Under the pieces are notes generated by a model. That model ran no database searches, was not told the origin of the DNA, and saw nothing but the letters and a program-made list of their open reading frames with translations. This document shows positions 23,901 through 35,525 of a DNA stretch of 64,000 nucleotides, piece after piece. Location: assembly GCA_965645245.1 (NCBI GenBank), contig OZ287076.1:744001-808000 (forward strand), in the 5' to 3' direction. Numbering within the stretch: position 1 is the stretch's first letter; each line of letters opens with the position of its first letter. This DNA is from Massalongia carnosa. Its lineage: Eukaryota. A program made the translations under genes and the position numbers.

Positions 23901-25240
23901 ACAATTCCCCGGTGGCTTGAGCTTAATGACCTTTGAGTGCCTGAACCGTCGCTTGAGCGGTGTCATCTGTACGGTTCTATTATTGGCCCATCATGTAGAC
24001 GTAGAAGATAACTATGTTCTCTCCGAAATATATGCCACGGTCCATTGCTAGTGATGAGAAGAAGGGAGTAGATACAGTGTATTTTATCAGATACAAGACG
24101 TGAATTGATGAATTGATGAATTGATGAATAACCGAACAACGCTAGTCAAGAAATACGTTGTTATCTAACCAGCACGACGAGGTATTTAAACGTTGGTGAA
24201 ACGCTAGAGATACATACCCTCTTACCTTTTACCTAATGAGGCATAACCCTAAGTCTTACTGCACCGGACAGAGTAAGCCTCATCGGTTCAACTCATCAGT
24301 CACCACACAGCCCCCATGACATCGACAAGTCAAAGTTAACAACATCCCTGCGCACAGCCTCCAAAGTCATTCCATTCAATGCAAGAAATATAAACAGCAA
24401 AGCAATCAGCATGTCTTGATGTACATTGCTGCGGATCGCCAACAATGCGTATTGATCCCCCATGATACAGCCTTCAGGGGGAAACCCTCCCCACTGATTG
24501 GACTGCTCAACCAACTCCCCCCTCCCCTCAACAGGTTCAATGGCTTTGCCGCCTCAACCAGCTATCGGCTCTGTTGTCATTCCCTTTGGAGGTAGAAGCG
24601 GATGTTTGATTTATCTTGCATCTTGATCTTTTTCTGTCTGATCCCCCCTATCATCTCCAGAGCCTCTTCCTCTTCCAAATAGCAATTGATCTGCCTCATC
24701 CATGCTTTGATGTGCTCCTGATATTACCACATCTTTGCGGGCGAAAGAAGCCGAACAACCGTTGAGGCAAAAAGTGCATCCTCTCAGTCAGATGCTGCAC
24801 GACCCGGCATATCGTTTGCATTAGCGGGTGGCATACCCACCGACCATAAACCCTCCTTCTCCTTTCAGAAACGCATTACATAAGATTGGGACTGTGGTGA
24901 TTTGGTTGATAACAGTCATGCCAGTCCTATTAAATGCCTCGGGGCGTAGCGTGGTCACATTCTAGGATACCAACCTTCGAGAACACCGCCCCTCTCTAGG
25001 CGGGTTGTCGCCCAGTAAGTGATTACTAGACGAGCCAAACCGATCTCCTCATCTAAGCACACCGCTTAAAGGGCGATATTACTACGGGATCGATGCCGAA
25101 GGGGGAATACATTGCGCTCACGAATCCTTTATGTATATGGGATATATTGGTTGAGGGGGCCTGGGAGAATTGGGTAATATCATATCCGCTCTCAACTCGA
25201 ATGTATTGTTTGTGGTTGTGGTGAAAACGAAGACGTGAAA

Positions 25241-26260
25241 ATGACCGCACTGGGAGGATTGGTTGATCTGTCATTGTTCGCAACGTCGCCAACGGATGAC
25301 CGCAATTTTGGTCTCCCAAATCGCACCTCGTCGGAACGCATCTTCCGTGAGATACCATGTCACCGTGCACAGCGCGAAGTCAGTTGTCCTCTTCCTCGAG
25401 GCGGCACGATGAAGCCACTTCCGCCGCTGCCAGCAAGTAAACTTTGCAGGAGAAGGGCAGCGCGGGGTCGTCATGATCCAAACTCGCGTTGCATTCTGGT
25501 GAGAATGAAAAGGATTGGATTGGATGACCGGCCTGGGAACGAAAGTTCTACGTTACAGCAGCGGCGGAACGTCACCACCATTCCTCGACTCACCTTGTCA
25601 GTGCCGCCGTCAGCTCCCCACCCACAGCCCTTGGGGGAGGAAAGACGACAGCCCAGGCCATCGATGATATGGATGCCTGATGAACAGATGTGGCTTAGCC
25701 AAGACCAATCGGAGGAGGACAGCATCCCTGGCTTCTGGGCTTACCCATCTCTCCCGCTTGCCTCCGAGCATCGCTACACCCGCTCAGAGCCATCCCCTGA
25801 CTCCACTGCCCGTTTCGATCTCTCTCCGCTTTCGCCCGTCCGCAGCCAATTCCTGCGCCTCATGGACTGCTCCGATCGTGAGCGGTTGTCCCCCTTATTC
25901 CAGGAAGCCGTGCAGACTGTCCCGATGATGGATCTGTCGCCGATCGTGTCCCCTCCCACTGCTACCCCCATGGACGAGCCAGAGCAAGAAGAAGATTGGC
26001 TGTCGGACTCGTCCGGACATCAAAGCTACCATACGCCCAAGACCTATTGCTCCATTGCCAGCCCTACCGCAACGATGACAACGGAGGAGCCTCGGATCAT
26101 TTTTCCTCAGCTGGCTTGGGAGGGTGCGTGGGAAGGGGGCGGCGCGGGCAGAAGAGCGCCCAACGAGCAGCCAAGGATCGTGTTTCCACAGTTGGCCTGG
26201 GAAGGGTCGTGGGAGGGGGTTGGACGGATGGTGACAAGGCCTGCGTCAGCTATGAATTGA
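25241..26260 (+). CDS. Hypothetical Pro/Ser-rich, probably disordered protein
   Basis: Long open frame with KPLPPLP, PRLTLSVP, MIWMPDEQMWL, LSPLFQEAV motifs and a duplicated PRIxFPQLAWEGxWEG tail; start uncertain. Confidence 0.6.
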   Translation: MTALGGLVDLSLFATSPTDDRNFGLPNRTSSERIFREIPCHRAQREVSCPLPRGGTMKPLPPLPASKLCRRRAARGRHDPNSRCILVRMKRIGLDDRPGNESSTLQQRRNVTTIPRLTLSVPPSAPHPQPLGEERRQPRPSMIWMPDEQMWLSQDQSEEDSIPGFWAYPSLPLASEHRYTRSEPSPDSTARFDLSPLSPVRSQFLRLMDCSDRERLSPLFQEAVQTVPMMDLSPIVSPPTATPMDEPEQEEDWLSDSSGHQSYHTPKTYCSIASPTATMTTEEPRIIFPQLAWEGAWEGGGAGRRAPNEQPRIVFPQLAWEGSWEGVGRMVTRPASAMN

Positions 26261-26771
26261 AGGCGGTGGAGAAACCTTACTTTGTTCTCTTTCGATCAGG
26301 GGTGCTTGCTGCTGCCGGGTTAACAAAAAGAAATTCTGAATCGATACCATGTACTACTACTATCCACGAGTCCTGCCGCTTTTTTCTTCCCTGTCGTTTA
26401 ATTTTCACCGCTTGTCGGCCGGCGGGAAATCGATATGTTCGAGATAACAATTCCTTTTCAAGCCCCCCCCCCCCCCCGCCGGATCGTCCACCTACTACTA
26501 CCTACTCCTTCGCCCCCCGCCCCCCGCCCTTCGCGAACCCTTCCTTCGAACCAAACCCATCCCCTGCCCATCAGCCAGGTCGACTCCCCATCACAGAACC
26601 CTCTTTTTAACACTACTGCATCTTCACGCACCCCCCTTCCACGAAACGAGAAAACCCCCTCGTGCGAGCAGGGAGAATCCCCGTTTCCCCTCTCCTCACC
26701 GCAACCTTCCTCTTTCCAATCTCCGCTTTTAAAACCCCCTACCTTTGCCTCTCAGTCAGTCAATCAATCAA

Positions 26772-28082
26772 TCAATCAATCGGTCGACTAATGAAAGATT
26801 TTCCCATCCGCCTCTCCCGCGCCCATCCCTCCCGACTAAACGGTACCGTTGCTCCCTTCCCCACCAGCTCCACCCCCAACCGACCCTTCCCCGCTCCATG
26901 CACCCCCTCCCAGAACCCGTCCGCGCCACTCCCCACAGTCTCCACCCACACCCTCCCCACGCCCCAGAACCTCATCCTTGCTTTCCCTTTCCCCTTTCCC
27001 TTTCCCTCTCCTTCTCCTCCTTCCTGTCCTTCTCGTCTTCCCCCAATCCCATCCAAACCGCCCCCATCCCAAACCAACCCCTCCCCGCACCCCGCCTGGA
27101 ACCCGACCGGCTGCACCCGTCCCCCGAACACGAATCGCTCCCAGCTGCAGCCCAGCTCCTCGCCCCACCGCTCGTCCTCGAGCAGGGAATGCCGCGGCTC
27201 GGGCGGGATATAACTTTTAGAGAACGAGAAGGGGGAGGAGGAGGAGAAGGACGCGGTACGCACGATCCACACCGAATGGGCGATCTCGTGTGCGAGCAGG
27301 ATCGCGAGCGAGAGGTGAATGAGCGTCTCGCGAGCCCTTGCCTCGCGATTCCTTTCTCTTTGCCCTTTCCTGTTGATGGGAGCGTCGGCGTCAGCATCCA
27401 CGTCCACGCCCATGTCCGCGACCGCGTCCGCGGAGACGACGCATAATGCTAAAGCGGACTCCCTCGCCGCGTCGAGGTATCCCTGGTCGAGAAAAATCAC
27501 CGCGCGGCCGGAACGCCCCAGCCGCGCGTCGCGGTGCGTGCTGCCGAAAGTGCGCCTGCGTTGGGCGAGGTGCGCGGTGAAGTGGAAGGAGATGGCTCGC
27601 GCGTGGTGCTGGAGGTGGGAGTTGGCCAGGGCGAGGTTCGTCACTGTGGTGGGCGTGGGAGGGAGTGTTGTTTTTGTTGTTGCGATGGGAGGGGGGGAGG
27701 GCGAAGTTAGTGGGGATGGAGATGACGATTTTGGTGGTGGTGGTGGTGGTGGTGGTGGTGGTAAGGCGGAGAGACAAAGGGGGATCCACCATTCCAGCAG
27801 GGAGGGGGTGGTGAAGAAGCGGGTGGCTAGCGCGAAGGCTGGAAGGAGGAGCTGATAGTCGTAGGAAGGGAGGAGGGGAAAGCGGAAGGGGTGAAAGAGA
27901 GGATGGATTTGGGGGAGGCGAGAAGGCCGGGAGGGGGAGGAGGAAGGTGAGGGGAGGTGGGTCATGAGGTGAATATCGGAGGGGGAAAAGGGATAAGCCA
28001 TTGCTTTTTTAAAGAGTGTTCGAGGAGTGATTTGGTTTATAGAAAGGGGGTTGGAAACGGAGAGAGAAGGGGGTTTTGTCAC
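26772..28082 (-). CDS. Hypothetical protein with zincin-like HExxH motif
   Basis: LAILLAHEIAHSVW...EPRH...EELGCSWERFVFGG within a low-complexity GC-rich ORF; real start may be the internal MAYPFSP. Confidence 0.6.
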   Translation of the reverse strand: MTKPPSLSVSNPLSINQITPRTLFKKAMAYPFSPSDIHLMTHLPSPSSSPSRPSRLPQIHPLFHPFRFPLLPSYDYQLLLPAFALATRFFTTPSLLEWWIPLCLSALPPPPPPPPPPKSSSPSPLTSPSPPPIATTKTTLPPTPTTVTNLALANSHLQHHARAISFHFTAHLAQRRRTFGSTHRDARLGRSGRAVIFLDQGYLDAARESALALCVVSADAVADMGVDVDADADAPINRKGQRERNREARARETLIHLSLAILLAHEIAHSVWIVRTASFSSSSPFSFSKSYIPPEPRHSLLEDERWGEELGCSWERFVFGGRVQPVGFQAGCGEGLVWDGGGLDGIGGRREGQEGGEGEGKGKGKGKARMRFWGVGRVWVETVGSGADGFWEGVHGAGKGRLGVELVGKGATVPFSREGWARERRMGKSFISRPID

Positions 28083-29777
28083 TCAGAAGTGCGTTTTTTC
28101 CAGTTATAGCTGAATTCGTTTTTGCTGAAGTTATTGACCCAGATGGTTGCGGAACATGAAAACCCCATGAGGAAAAAAACAGCCCGAGACTAAAACCCAA
28201 CAAGAGGAAACAGGAAATAAATATGGGAAGAGATACGAAAAGGGAGAATAGAGCAAGCTGGCTTTCTTTTCTTCTTTCTTTGTGAGTCGTCCACCCACTG
28301 TTGTGATTCGGTTTCCGGAAGCAGAACGGGGAGTAAGATTGACGGACAAAGAAATCGCTGGTCTGTCTGCCCTGTAGCTCTGGCAACACTTCAAGGGCGA
28401 GAAGTTTGGGAAGCGTTTAATATATCGCTAGATCAAGCAAACTCTTTTAGATTGGTCGGAAGAAGCGATTTGGATTTTGGATGTGGATGAAGGAGGAGAG
28501 AGTAGAGACTCGCTGGCCTCGAACGTTGCCCGACACGTGACCAACTGCGTGGTTACAGAGGTACGAGTACGGCTCCCATCAGCATGAAGTCTCTCCAATA
28601 TTCAAAAAGAACGGCAATCGGTTGCGCAAGCGAAAGGCAACCATAGCTTACGTCTTTGGATCTATCCAGACTCGCAGTAGTTTCAGGCACCCTTCGTATC
28701 AAACGGTCTTGTTGTCCCAAACATAGTTCAGAGAACTGTTCCTCATGCTTTCCCGCCTGAGAAATCGTCGGACCCCTTTTCCGCGAAATATTGCTGCCGC
28801 AACGCGTACTTGTATTCCACAAGTAGGCTGGTATGTAGGTAGGTAGACGACACAGGAACGGAAACGCTTGCTTTGCTAGATGGCTGGAAGAAAGATACAG
28901 CCCCATAGATGAAGTATTTGTTATACATATCTATCGACCGAGGGTTTTACACACAAGGAAATTGGCCCGGGAGATGGGGGATGGGGGTGGTGTGCATATG
29001 TATATAGGGAAGGGTGGATGGATGGATGAATCATCCTCATGGGAGAGGGGAATAAATGGAAGGGGATCAAGTTTGAAGCTGGAGGTAGGAGGAAATAAAG
29101 ATGTGTTGGATACCACCTAGGCAGAGAGGATGGCATACCTAAGGATTGAAAGAAGTCATTGATAGTATGGCGGTCATTTTTCCCCGGGGGTTGCCAGGAT
29201 GGGAATCTATTTATGTGGGCAGATCTTGCCAACGTCCGAGACTCATTAAATGACACGCAAACGCATTGCTACGGTTTAAGATAATGCTTTTTGGAAAACC
29301 GTGCGTATATAGGTTGCCAGGTAGCCCAGTTTCCGGAGTCTCACCTCATCTCTCCCTCCCATGGTATCATCCAGCAGTTATTTCCACTGGCCAGGATACA
29401 ACCAAAACACTGCGTGCACTCCTCAAAAGCCTCAACTCCCCTCGAAACCGAACCAAAAATCGCGATATGGGAAAGATAATATCGACATAGGAGAGGCAAC
29501 GGAGGTAGGAATTACCACAAATGACAACTTGACTATCCGTTCCTTCCATAAACGATGTTATAATCCAGACAGACGAGTTTGACCTACCAAAAGGAAACCA
29601 GAAACCCCTATCTGAAAGATCATATGCTTCTGCGCATTCTTGAAAAGCCCTTCGTTTGGGGTGGACAGGTTTTGTGAGGGGGTGAAGACCACAGAGGAAG
29701 AGCTGAGTGAGTGGAGTGATTTTAAGTTTTAGATCTCTTTCTCTCCCATATATTCAACTTAATGCTGTCCTCATCAG

Positions 29778-31456
29778 TCATTCCCAGTCCCAGACCGCCC
29801 TCAGGAAATGTTCCATGTTGACTTTCTTGCTGTGCATCTCGATCATCCAGGGGTGTTCGAGCATTCGCCAGGGAGTGGCACGGCGGGAAGCTTCTTTTTC
29901 GAGGCTTGTTGAATTGGTCAGGAACATGTTTCTTCACTCTAAGATAACAGGAAGAAGGGAGAAAACGCAAGAAAACATACCAGCATTCAATAAAGTACTT
30001 GAATGTTTCACTCCATTTGATCAAATGCTCCGGTTCGTCTTTCAACTTTGGAATCGGTTGCCGTACGATATACGTGAGAAGATCGAACAAGCCGGCTTTA
30101 GGCTGTATCTCGGTACCATCCGCAGGGAATGGAAAGCGATGCTGAGCAACTTCAAGGAGGGTGACGCCTAGCGACCACACATCCGAGGTGATGGTATATG
30201 ACTGACCTGTTATCCGCTCTGGGGCCATGTAATATGATGTGCCAATGAACGTATTGGCATCCCCTTTCGTGCCGGATTCCCCACTGACGCCAAAGTCGCA
30301 GAGCTTAACTTGTCCGTTGCGGCAGAGAAGGATATTGGATGGTTTGATATCTGACATCAATATTAACATCTTCGGTCAGCTCTTCCATATACCACTTACC
30401 TCTATGTATGATCTTTTGACCATGTAGATAGGTTAACCCATTTAAGACCCCATCTGCAACTTTCCCTAATACCTTCTCTCCAGTTCTGCCACCACGCTTC
30501 TTGACCTCCTTGTAAACTCCATCCAAGCTACCCCCTTCGCAAAACTCCATGGCGATGGATATCGTGCCCGATAAATCGTTCATGAATGCTCCGTAGTATT
30601 TGCATATATGTTCGGATTCGCAATCCTTATTAAACGCTAACTCGCGTACAATCTGTTTCTTGACATCTGGATTCGGATCGGTTGTGATGATCTACCACGA
30701 TCAGCAGATTACTAAATTGAAGACACCCTCGCATACTTTTAAGGCAAATTCAATCTTGCCGCTCTTGAGTTTACATCTTGTCACGGCGCCTCCAGCACCT
30801 TCCCCTAAGCTGCCTATCTCGATGATCTTTTTCTGTTCACTTGCCGCTCTCCACCCATCATCGTCCAAGTCTTCCACATCGAGGTTTCTCCCTAAACCTA
30901 GGCTGAGCTTTTCCAAATCCGGTAGGATATGATTGCTTCCATCCCTCTCCATCGTCACTCCTCCTCGATCCTCAGAGTAAACAGAGCTTATCGCAGAAGC
31001 AGGGTCGGGTGTCCCTGTCGTGTGATGCAGGGCGCCTCTTTGATAGGACAAAGCCGAGAATGAAGAAGAAGAAGCCGAAGTAGGCCCGCTTGCTCTACCA
31101 TCCACCATTGTAAAGCTATCCGATCGCGAATGGCTACTCCCTTCGCTGGCACCAGTCGCTGACATTGCAACAAACGGTTGCGGCGGTGGTCGACCATTAG
31201 CGAGCGATTGGCCTTCCTGCGGTGTCGCATTGCTGCCCATTGGGGTTGCTAGCCGTAACTGAGGGGGAGTAGGCCGAGAGGATGGTCTCTGAGTAGGGGC
31301 CAGAGATGGTAATTCCGGTACGTTACTGTTGCCTGCAACAGGTTTCTCACTCGGCGATGGAGGTATAGCGAGCCCAAGCCGTGGCGTGCGAGAGCCCGAG
31401 TTTGTTCGATTCCCCCCTGGGATGGGTGGACGTAGTAGAGGCACTGGGGAAGACAT
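29778..31456 (-). CDS. MKK1: MAP kinase kinase of the cell-wall-integrity pathway (Mkk1/Mkk2 type)
   Basis: [12 protein letters not shown]-terminus, [53 protein letters not shown]-terminal FLRAVWDWE*; three introns. Confidence 0.93.
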
Positions 31457-31939
31457 GACGTTGAGTCGATTAGGTGATATCGCTGAGAGAGCGTGGTGGA
31501 TTTTCCACGATTAATCAATGAATAGGCCCGATCCTAGTATTAGTATATTCACAGAAACCTCGGTGGGGCCAAGTCAGACTTTCTAGCTTGTGTTCTTTAT
31601 CCGCTCCGTCCTTTTAGCGGTAGCGGTGAGATGGTACGAGAGTTTGCCAGCACACACTTGAATTGTGGTGAACCCAGAGATTATAAGATGATGCTTGCAT
31701 ATGCCTTGGTGTGAATGTCGAGTCATCCAGCTGCAGGTAGGCAGAATGATAATTGGTCGACTGATGCGGCTGATAGCGAAAGAGAAGGTTCGAGGTCTAG
31801 ATTCAGGCGAACGCCCGACACTTGAATTGAGCCCGCAGAAATTGGAAGAAATAACATGTACAGTTGGTGGCGTGGTGTTTTGAGGTTGACTAGGAGTAGC
31901 CTGAGTACAGAGTAGCCTTACTGTTGCCTGGTGGTTGCT

Positions 31940-31974
<35 letters not shown>
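31940..31974. repeat. (GCTCCT)n microsatellite upstream of the MAPKK gene
   Basis: About six tandem hexamer units. Confidence 0.9.
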
Positions 31975-31975
<1 letters not shown>

Positions 31976-32649
31976 CAGAAACACAGCGCTTCGGGCACTT
32001 GTCCAATCTTCTGCCCCTCATGTCACATGATGTGGCATGATAATCCGAAATGATGCGTACAGCATGCTGTGTACAATACAGCATTCAGATGATCCCGTAC
32101 AGAGTGACTACACTCTCACATCACAACTCCAAATGTTTGCCCGGCCACAGAATACCCATCCAAGATACATCAAAGTGGTGATCTTAACTCCACTTCCCTA
32201 GCCGAAAATTCAAGAACATACCCTTCATCTTCTTCAATGTTTTTCCAGTTCCCATCTCTTAGTCTTGAGGGTACTTCAATAGTGTTGCTCCCCTCTTATC
32301 AACCTATCATACACACTATCTACTCTACGATGTTCAAGCCTCTAGTTTTGCTTGCTAGTGGCGGTTGCAGAAAAGTACTATGTTCGCTAACTGGACGAAC
32401 TCACTCTCGGCAAGTGATCTTAGGCCACTGTGGGGTGTACCTTGTACAATACATTTAATGTGCTCCAGCACGTACCGTTTGAAGAGACTCCGCGCTAATA
32501 TGGAACTCAGTCGCCCGGTTGAACTCAGTACCTCAGACGTGCGTGGTAAGTCCCTCCGGGTTAACCTATTTCGCTAAGCTCCTTCGGATTAACGTCCTAA
32601 AATTACCATTGGGCAACGAATCGATTTTTAAGATTTTTCTATGAGGACT

Positions 32650-32846
32650 TCGTTTTCCAATAAAGATTTGTCTTAGTTTCCAGCAAGAACAAACTACAGG
32701 AGAGGAATTCGTTTTCCAATATGATCTGTCTCGGTTTTCAGCAAGAACAACCCACAGGGAAGAACCTCGTTTCCCAATAAAACATGCTCGGTTTCCAGCA
32801 AGAACAACCCACAGGGAAGAACCTCGTTTCCCAATAATAAAACATG
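32650..32846 (+). repeat. Tandem ~57-63-bp repeats abutting the ATG of the 428-aa ORF
   Basis: CAGCAAGAACAA(CCC)ACAGGGAAGAACCTCGTTTCCCAATA units, three full copies plus a partial one. Confidence 0.92.
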
Positions 32847-34130
32847 GACCCAGCAAGTGTGGAGCGATGGATACTTTGCGGAGACCCTCATATTTCCCAA
32901 CAACCTGTGAAGAGGCGTCATGATAGCAAGGAAAACTACCTTTCATCCCTCTCTCCGCCTCTCAAACATGCTAAGTACAATCATCCAAAGTCGGAAAGTG
33001 ACCTGCTGGTTGTTCCTTTGTGCCGAAATCAAAGGAATATGAGCAACTCAAGGAGCATGCCGCCTCCGTCAGAGGCGAAGAGACGAAGGATCTCCCGCCA
33101 AGTACCTTCATCTTTATCAGATTCGAATGGTGGCATGGCTTCTGAGTACCCGAGCAATTTTCAAAGTCGAGCTTTGACCGCGACTTCAGAAAAATACAGC
33201 GTGACTACCTCCCGCTACAGAACAAAAGTACTCGAGCCGAATGGTGTATGGATCCTGAACGGCTGTGAGGGCCTTCCAAAGGCTCTGGACGTTGAAGTTA
33301 AGCGGATTCTGGACCATTCTCGAGATTCCCCTGAACCTCCCGAATCGGTGGCCTTAGGATGGAGCCAATCCTTTCGGAGCGCGGAAAACGAAAGTGAGGC
33401 GAACTTGGAACAACATGTTATTACGACAGACCTCCTGCCTTTGGCTGGTTACCATGATTATCTAGCGCGTAATAACAAGCACCCGTTCACCAACCTACAA
33501 GCTTTGATGCCAAAGCGGATCATTCGAGAGAACCTTGTCGTGATACCATCCCTCACAGGTCCTTGTCCAGATATTGTATACGGTTACAAAATCGCCGGAT
33601 TCAGTGAGGCCCAGCGTCATGCGCAGTATTTACCTCCCGTTAAAGATATATGTGAACCTTCCAGGAACGTATATTGGCCCTTTCTTACAGTCGAAATCAA
33701 GACTCAAGCTACTGGAGGAAACCATTGGGTCGCAACAAACCAATGCGCTGGGTCTGGTTCCGCATGTTCTAAAGCAGTTCAAACCTTATTCGAAAAGGCG
33801 GCGCTCGAGAGAGAGGATCCGAGTGCTTTCTCTGCAACCTTTGATGGACGGTCCGTTGACCTTTACGTTCATTGGATCGAAGGGGGTGTTGAATTCAACC
33901 TCCAGAGGATTCGCACATATGTTGTAGACAGGCCTGAGGAGCTAATAGACTTCAGGAAACGAGCGCGTAATATCTTGGACTGGGGTCTTGATAAGCGCTA
34001 CAAGGAGATTCAATCGGCTCTCGATGCTGTGCTTAAGGCCGAGGTTGATAAAGCCATAGCTCGGAAGAAAAGATCCATGGAGCCTCAGAATTTGGTTGAT
34101 GGCGACTCCGCTGTTTTTGGAGTTCAATAG
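32844..34130 (+). CDS. Fungal protein with a PD-(D/E)xK restriction-endonuclease-like C-terminal domain
   Basis: Intronless 428-aa ORF; disordered basic N-terminus, then PCPDIVYG...YWPFLTVEIK...ATNQCAGSG...LYVHW...ARNILDWG, matching a PD..ExK..Q nuclease-fold pattern seen in fungal multi-copy families. Confidence 0.72.
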   Translation: MDPASVERWILCGDPHISQQPVKRRHDSKENYLSSLSPPLKHAKYNHPKSESDLLVVPLCRNQRNMSNSRSMPPPSEAKRRRISRQVPSSLSDSNGGMASEYPSNFQSRALTATSEKYSVTTSRYRTKVLEPNGVWILNGCEGLPKALDVEVKRILDHSRDSPEPPESVALGWSQSFRSAENESEANLEQHVITTDLLPLAGYHDYLARNNKHPFTNLQALMPKRIIRENLVVIPSLTGPCPDIVYGYKIAGFSEAQRHAQYLPPVKDICEPSRNVYWPFLTVEIKTQATGGNHWVATNQCAGSGSACSKAVQTLFEKAALEREDPSAFSATFDGRSVDLYVHWIEGGVEFNLQRIRTYVVDRPEELIDFRKRARNILDWGLDKRYKEIQSALDAVLKAEVDKAIARKKRSMEPQNLVDGDSAVFGVQ

Positions 34131-35525
34131 TCTAACGATAAGACTGCTGTTGAAACATGATTGCGACAGTTGGCGTCTTCACGGGGAATCAAAACCAAGT
34201 TTCCATATAGAATATGTTTGAAGGCGGAACCACAGTATTGAGCTTATGGTCATTCTTATTAAGGAAAATCAACTTTTAGTCTATATTCCTGAATACGCCC
34301 GACCCGGCTCTATACGTACAAGCAGCATAATGCTCACCATCACCACCTTGGTAATGCGGCTATGGATCACCAAGCCATGTTCACCAAAATATCTCACTGG
34401 TGGCAATCATGACAACCTTGAACGAAACCGACATGCAGCTTTACGTTCATAAACAGCACAAGGGATTTTTTTTCAATCCAGTCCTTCTGGTACGGGACGA
34501 GTATGAGGGTTTCATCGAGCAACAAACGTTCGCTCTCTGATTTCTTGCGCTTTACAGCTGTAACCCCAGGCATTACCCGTATAGTGGCCCTACGTTGTGC
34601 TTCTCGACTTTCTGCTTAACCTATCAGTTCAACTCCCTATCTTCCATGCTACCTCTACACCTACCTCCTCACCTTCCTCTGTTCATCCTACATATCTTTC
34701 AACTTCCCTATTACTCATAGCCTCCCTAAGGTTTTTTCTTTCCTCTTGGGGAGTTCTACTAGTATTGAATTTGGCCCCTTCTCGGTTAGATGGAATCAAA
34801 TGGGGGTCGCATTTCCGCTTTAAGCAAATATAGCACTCAGGGAGAAAAAGGAAAAATGTTCTGCATTAGTGAGGTAACATAAGATAACGGCAGCTGTCTA
34901 CAAATTATCCTCGTTCAGACAAACTTATCTTTGCTACCTCCCAGAACCTATCGTTAGCGCCACGTCAATGAACAGCTGGTATGATGGGAATTGGAGTGTT
35001 ATATAACGGTGTAGCAAGGTTATTAGCCTGGTGGGATAGAGCAAATCTCCACAACGCCACGCATGGGGTTGAAGGCCACAAGACCTACCAAAGAACCGCT
35101 CTCAACCTTTGTATACATCAGCACATAAAGCTCTAACCCCATTAATGTGAATACTGGGGCCGAGTCGGGGCCAGACTTACTGTTAATTCCTAATGAAAAT
35201 GTAAGAAGTCTAGACCTAAGATGATGGAACGTTACCCTCCGCTTGTGGCTGTATCCACCACCTTCGTGTCCCCCTTTTGCTATCGTCAAGGGAAAACTAG
35301 CAGTTGACAAGGCCTGCAAAGGAAGCGAAGCTGCGAACCATGAACGGTATAGGCTGTAATGAAAGAATCTTGAAGAGATATAAAGAGAAGCCTTTCTCCC
35401 ATTACTCCTTTCAGGGTCTTTTTGGAACAGTCAAATTTTCGTATGCACCAGCTTTTGCTCCAAAGAATCCTTGCCTTCGTCTCTGACAATTTTCCCCTCT
35501 CATCTCAAGCCTTATAGTATCTAGG

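Noticed and set aside
26435..27855. Many overlapping 110-230-aa ORFs
   Set aside because: By-product of GC-rich low-complexity sequence antisense or out of frame to the HExxH ORF.
32650..32846. CRISPR-like array
   Set aside because: Units are contiguous near-identical repeats without unique spacers; eukaryotic context and no cas genes.
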